Source of the DNA: Candidatus Bathyarchaeota archaeon
GTDB lineage: Archaea; Thermoproteota; Bathyarchaeia; Bathyarchaeales; Bathycorpusculaceae
Assembly (NCBI GenBank): GCA_963775465.1
Contig: CAVZIW010000001.1
Location: 64,001 to 128,000 of the forward strand
Direction of reading: 5' to 3'
DNA: 64,000 nt
Both the position numbers and the translations under genes were made by a program. The notes below the pieces were generated by a model that saw nothing but the letters and a program-made list of their open reading frames with translations, did not search any database and was not told where the DNA came from. Shown piece after piece: positions 61,835 through 64,000 of this stretch (the stretch's first letter is position 1; every line of letters starts with the position of its first letter).

Positions 61835-62365
61835 TTAAATTATGTTTAAGCCATGAAGAATGTGAACGAATATGATTAAGTAAAAAGTAAACGCTAAACC
61901 AGCATGAACAAAACGGTTTGTTGCAGGGTTTAAACGTTGAATTAAGTTAAATCTAAGACATAGCCCAGTTCCAACTAGCGAAACCATTCCAATATACAAC
62001 GCTAAACCTGTGCCAAAGGTAGGGTAGAAATCTGCTGGTCTTCCCACTTGACCTGCAAAATGCATTGAAATCAAAATGAAAGCAATTAGGTTGCCAAACC
62101 CATGGACTCTTAAAAGCAGTTTATACTTTTTTGGGGTCCTTCGTTTCAAGAATGAGAACAGAATCACTCCAAAAGCAATGTAGAGGGTTCCCGCGAATGC
62201 AATGTAGTGAATTATGCGAAACGGACCTACTCGATCAGCAAAACTGAACCAGCGGTTGTAGTATGCAAACATTAAGAAAACGGTCAGAACTATAGCTATT
62301 GTTGCGAGCCAGAGTTCCCAGTTCCTAGTTTCTTTTAGCCTCCAAACTTTTCCCAGTTTATGCAT
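61835..62365 (-). CDS. Membrane protein with conserved TM histidines; paralog of 56234-56734
   Basis: VGPFRIIHY, RVHGFGNL, SMHFAGQVGR, GTGLALY, FVH, VHIL. Confidence 0.78.
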   Translation of the reverse strand: MHKLGKVWRLKETRNWELWLATIAIVLTVFLMFAYYNRWFSFADRVGPFRIIHYIAFAGTLYIAFGVILFSFLKRRTPKKYKLLLRVHGFGNLIAFILISMHFAGQVGRPADFYPTFGTGLALYIGMVSLVGTGLCLRFNLIQRLNPATNRFVHAGLAFTFYLIIFVHILHGLNII

Positions 62366-62554
62366 GAATTATTTATCATGATTCCTTTTTATAATTATTC
62401 ATTTTAAAAGCGTATAATCTTTTTTTGAATCTCGAGCAGTATTTCGGTTTTATTTTTTTTAACGATTGCTTCACTTCCACCGCAATGCCCTTTTAGGCAT
62501 GAAGTTTTAATTTATTTGCTTTATCTAACAAAATAAATATTAACAAAAGAAAAG

Positions 62555-62833
62555 ATGATTTCTGTGAGACTAAAAGAAATGACTACTGGCAAATTTGAAG
62601 AAAAAATTGTTAGGCCTTATCTGCCAAACAAAATTGTTCCACCAGAATACATTCGAGACGTATTAAAAGAGGCTGATAATGATTTTCCAACTGTAGATTT
62701 TGAATTTGAGCTCCCTCATAAGTGGCAAAATGATGAATACAAGAACAAATATGAGGAATTAGAACGTCAGATGATTGAAATTCTTTCTTGGCGTGCAAGA
62801 TGGTTTGGAAATAAAGAAACAGATAAAAAATAA
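62555..62833 (+). CDS. Hypothetical protein
   Basis: 92-aa ORF. Confidence 0.6.
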   Translation: MISVRLKEMTTGKFEEKIVRPYLPNKIVPPEYIRDVLKEADNDFPTVDFEFELPHKWQNDEYKNKYEELERQMIEILSWRARWFGNKETDKK

Positions 62834-62936
62834 ATATCATTATAATTTTTTTCCTTAGACAATAACACCTACGTTCTTGCAGTTTAAAAATTAAATAATA
62901 AAAAGATAAATAGAATAGAGATAGAAAGCTTTTAGA

Positions 62937-63695
62937 TTGCTAATGAAAGTAGGACTTTTTGGATTTGGTAGGGCAGGGAAAGCTGTTGCGACAGTACTGC
63001 TGCAAAGTGAAGAAGTGTATCTTTGCTGGGTTATAAGAAAATCAAAAGGGTTGCAGCATAGATCAGTTTCAGAATTTCTAGGAATTAACAAAGATGATCA
63101 AGGATTAATATTCTCAAAAGATGAATGGACACCCGAGCAGCTTTTCGACAAACACCCTGTGGATGTGATAATCGACTTTTCTTCTTCTAATGCCGTTTTA
63201 TCTTACGGAAAGGAGGCGGCTAAAAGAGGCATAGCCATTGTATCTGCAATTTCTATTTACCCTAATGAAACAATTGAGTTGCTAAAAAACTTGGCGAGGA
63301 AAACAAGAGTACTCTGGTCTCCCAATATAACCATAGGTATCAATTTCTTAATGCTGGCAGCTAAAACTCTAAAAAATATTGCTCCTTTTACGGATATTGA
63401 AGTAATAGAAGAGCATTTTAAAAATAAAAAAGAAGTTTCTGGGACAGCTATAAAAATTTCAGAGTCTTTATCGCTGCTTCATACAGATATTAAATCTGTT
63501 AGAGTGGGCGGTATTGTTGGTCGTCATGAGATTATTTTCGGTTTTCCTTATCAAACAGTGCGTTTAATTCATGAATCTATACAAAGAGAGGCTTTTGGAA
63601 ATGGGGCATTGTTTGCTGCTAAGAATCTTGTCGGCAGAAAAAAGGGATTTTATACTATGGAGAATCTATTAATACCTTTTTTTAATTTGAAATGA
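62937..63695 (+). CDS. DapB-like dihydrodipicolinate reductase family protein
   Basis: GFGRAG Rossmann motif, IIDFS, SPNITIGIN, EEHFKNKKEVSGTA, GGIVGRH, REAFGNGA. Confidence 0.85.
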   Translation: MLMKVGLFGFGRAGKAVATVLLQSEEVYLCWVIRKSKGLQHRSVSEFLGINKDDQGLIFSKDEWTPEQLFDKHPVDVIIDFSSSNAVLSYGKEAAKRGIAIVSAISIYPNETIELLKNLARKTRVLWSPNITIGINFLMLAAKTLKNIAPFTDIEVIEEHFKNKKEVSGTAIKISESLSLLHTDIKSVRVGGIVGRHEIIFGFPYQTVRLIHESIQREAFGNGALFAAKNLVGRKKGFYTMENLLIPFFNLK

Positions 63696-63814
63696 CTTCG
63701 CTAATACCTTACCTTTTTTGATATGACGCCGACAACCCATTAGTAGACGTCTATCCAATTCGAATTAAAAAAGAAAAAGAAAAAAGGGCAATTTGTAGAT
63801 TTAGTCAGGTGATT

Positions 63815-64000
63815 CTAAAGCCATGGTGACAGTATGCCAATTCCGATAATTGCCAATATGATTGCTAGTATTGCGATCACTATTGCAAATATAACTACAG
63901 CAACGACAGCGATTACGAACGCTTTTAGCCATCCACAATCAAAGAAATGTTTGATCAATGCCAGCCAGATTATCAGCAATATTATGGTTGCAATCAAGTT
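63815..64000 (-). CDS. Small membrane protein (start probably beyond the window)
   Basis: IKHFFDCGWLKAFVIA plus hydrophobic helices. Confidence 0.65.
   Translation of the reverse strand, partial: NLIATIILLIIWLALIKHFFDCGWLKAFVIAVVAVVIFAIVIAILAIILAIIGIGILSPWL

Noticed and set aside
48472-64000. Classical integron (IntI + attC array)
   Set aside because: Cargo genes are in mixed orientation, I could not find RYYYAAC...GTTRRRY-bounded sites, and the integrase shows no evident IntI-specific insertion
1-64000. CRISPR array or rRNA genes
   Set aside because: No regularly spaced repeats or rRNA-like sequence observed

Overview
Archaeal chromosomal DNA, most consistent with Bathyarchaeia (inferred from TFB/TBP/TFS, pelota, a long secreted beta-propeller-type surface protein and REC-PAS kinases). 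Positions 1-48400 are mostly core genes: tRNA-Gly(GCC), tfb, ppa, tfs, glycosyltransferases, a B12-radical SAM enzyme, two ABC systems, a 10-gene complex I-like membrane-bound group 4 [NiFe]-hydrogenase operon, proBA, hppA, pelA, tbp, a two-component cluster, a tRNA thiolase, adenylate kinase and the RNase P RNA gene. The most notable feature is an ~8.6 kb integrative element (48373-56959) inserted into the 3' end of the RNase P RNA gene and bounded by a 29-bp direct repeat. It encodes a tyrosine integrase whose reading frame appears to be split by the attachment site, a HUH rolling-circle Rep, a wHTH regulator, a putative nuclease and small cargo genes. The remnant of a second, related element apparently integrated at the same site follows it, with metal-efflux and CBS/PAS cargo. 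Several single-base frameshifts could be either real decay or assembly errors. All calls come from reading the sequence; no searches were run.
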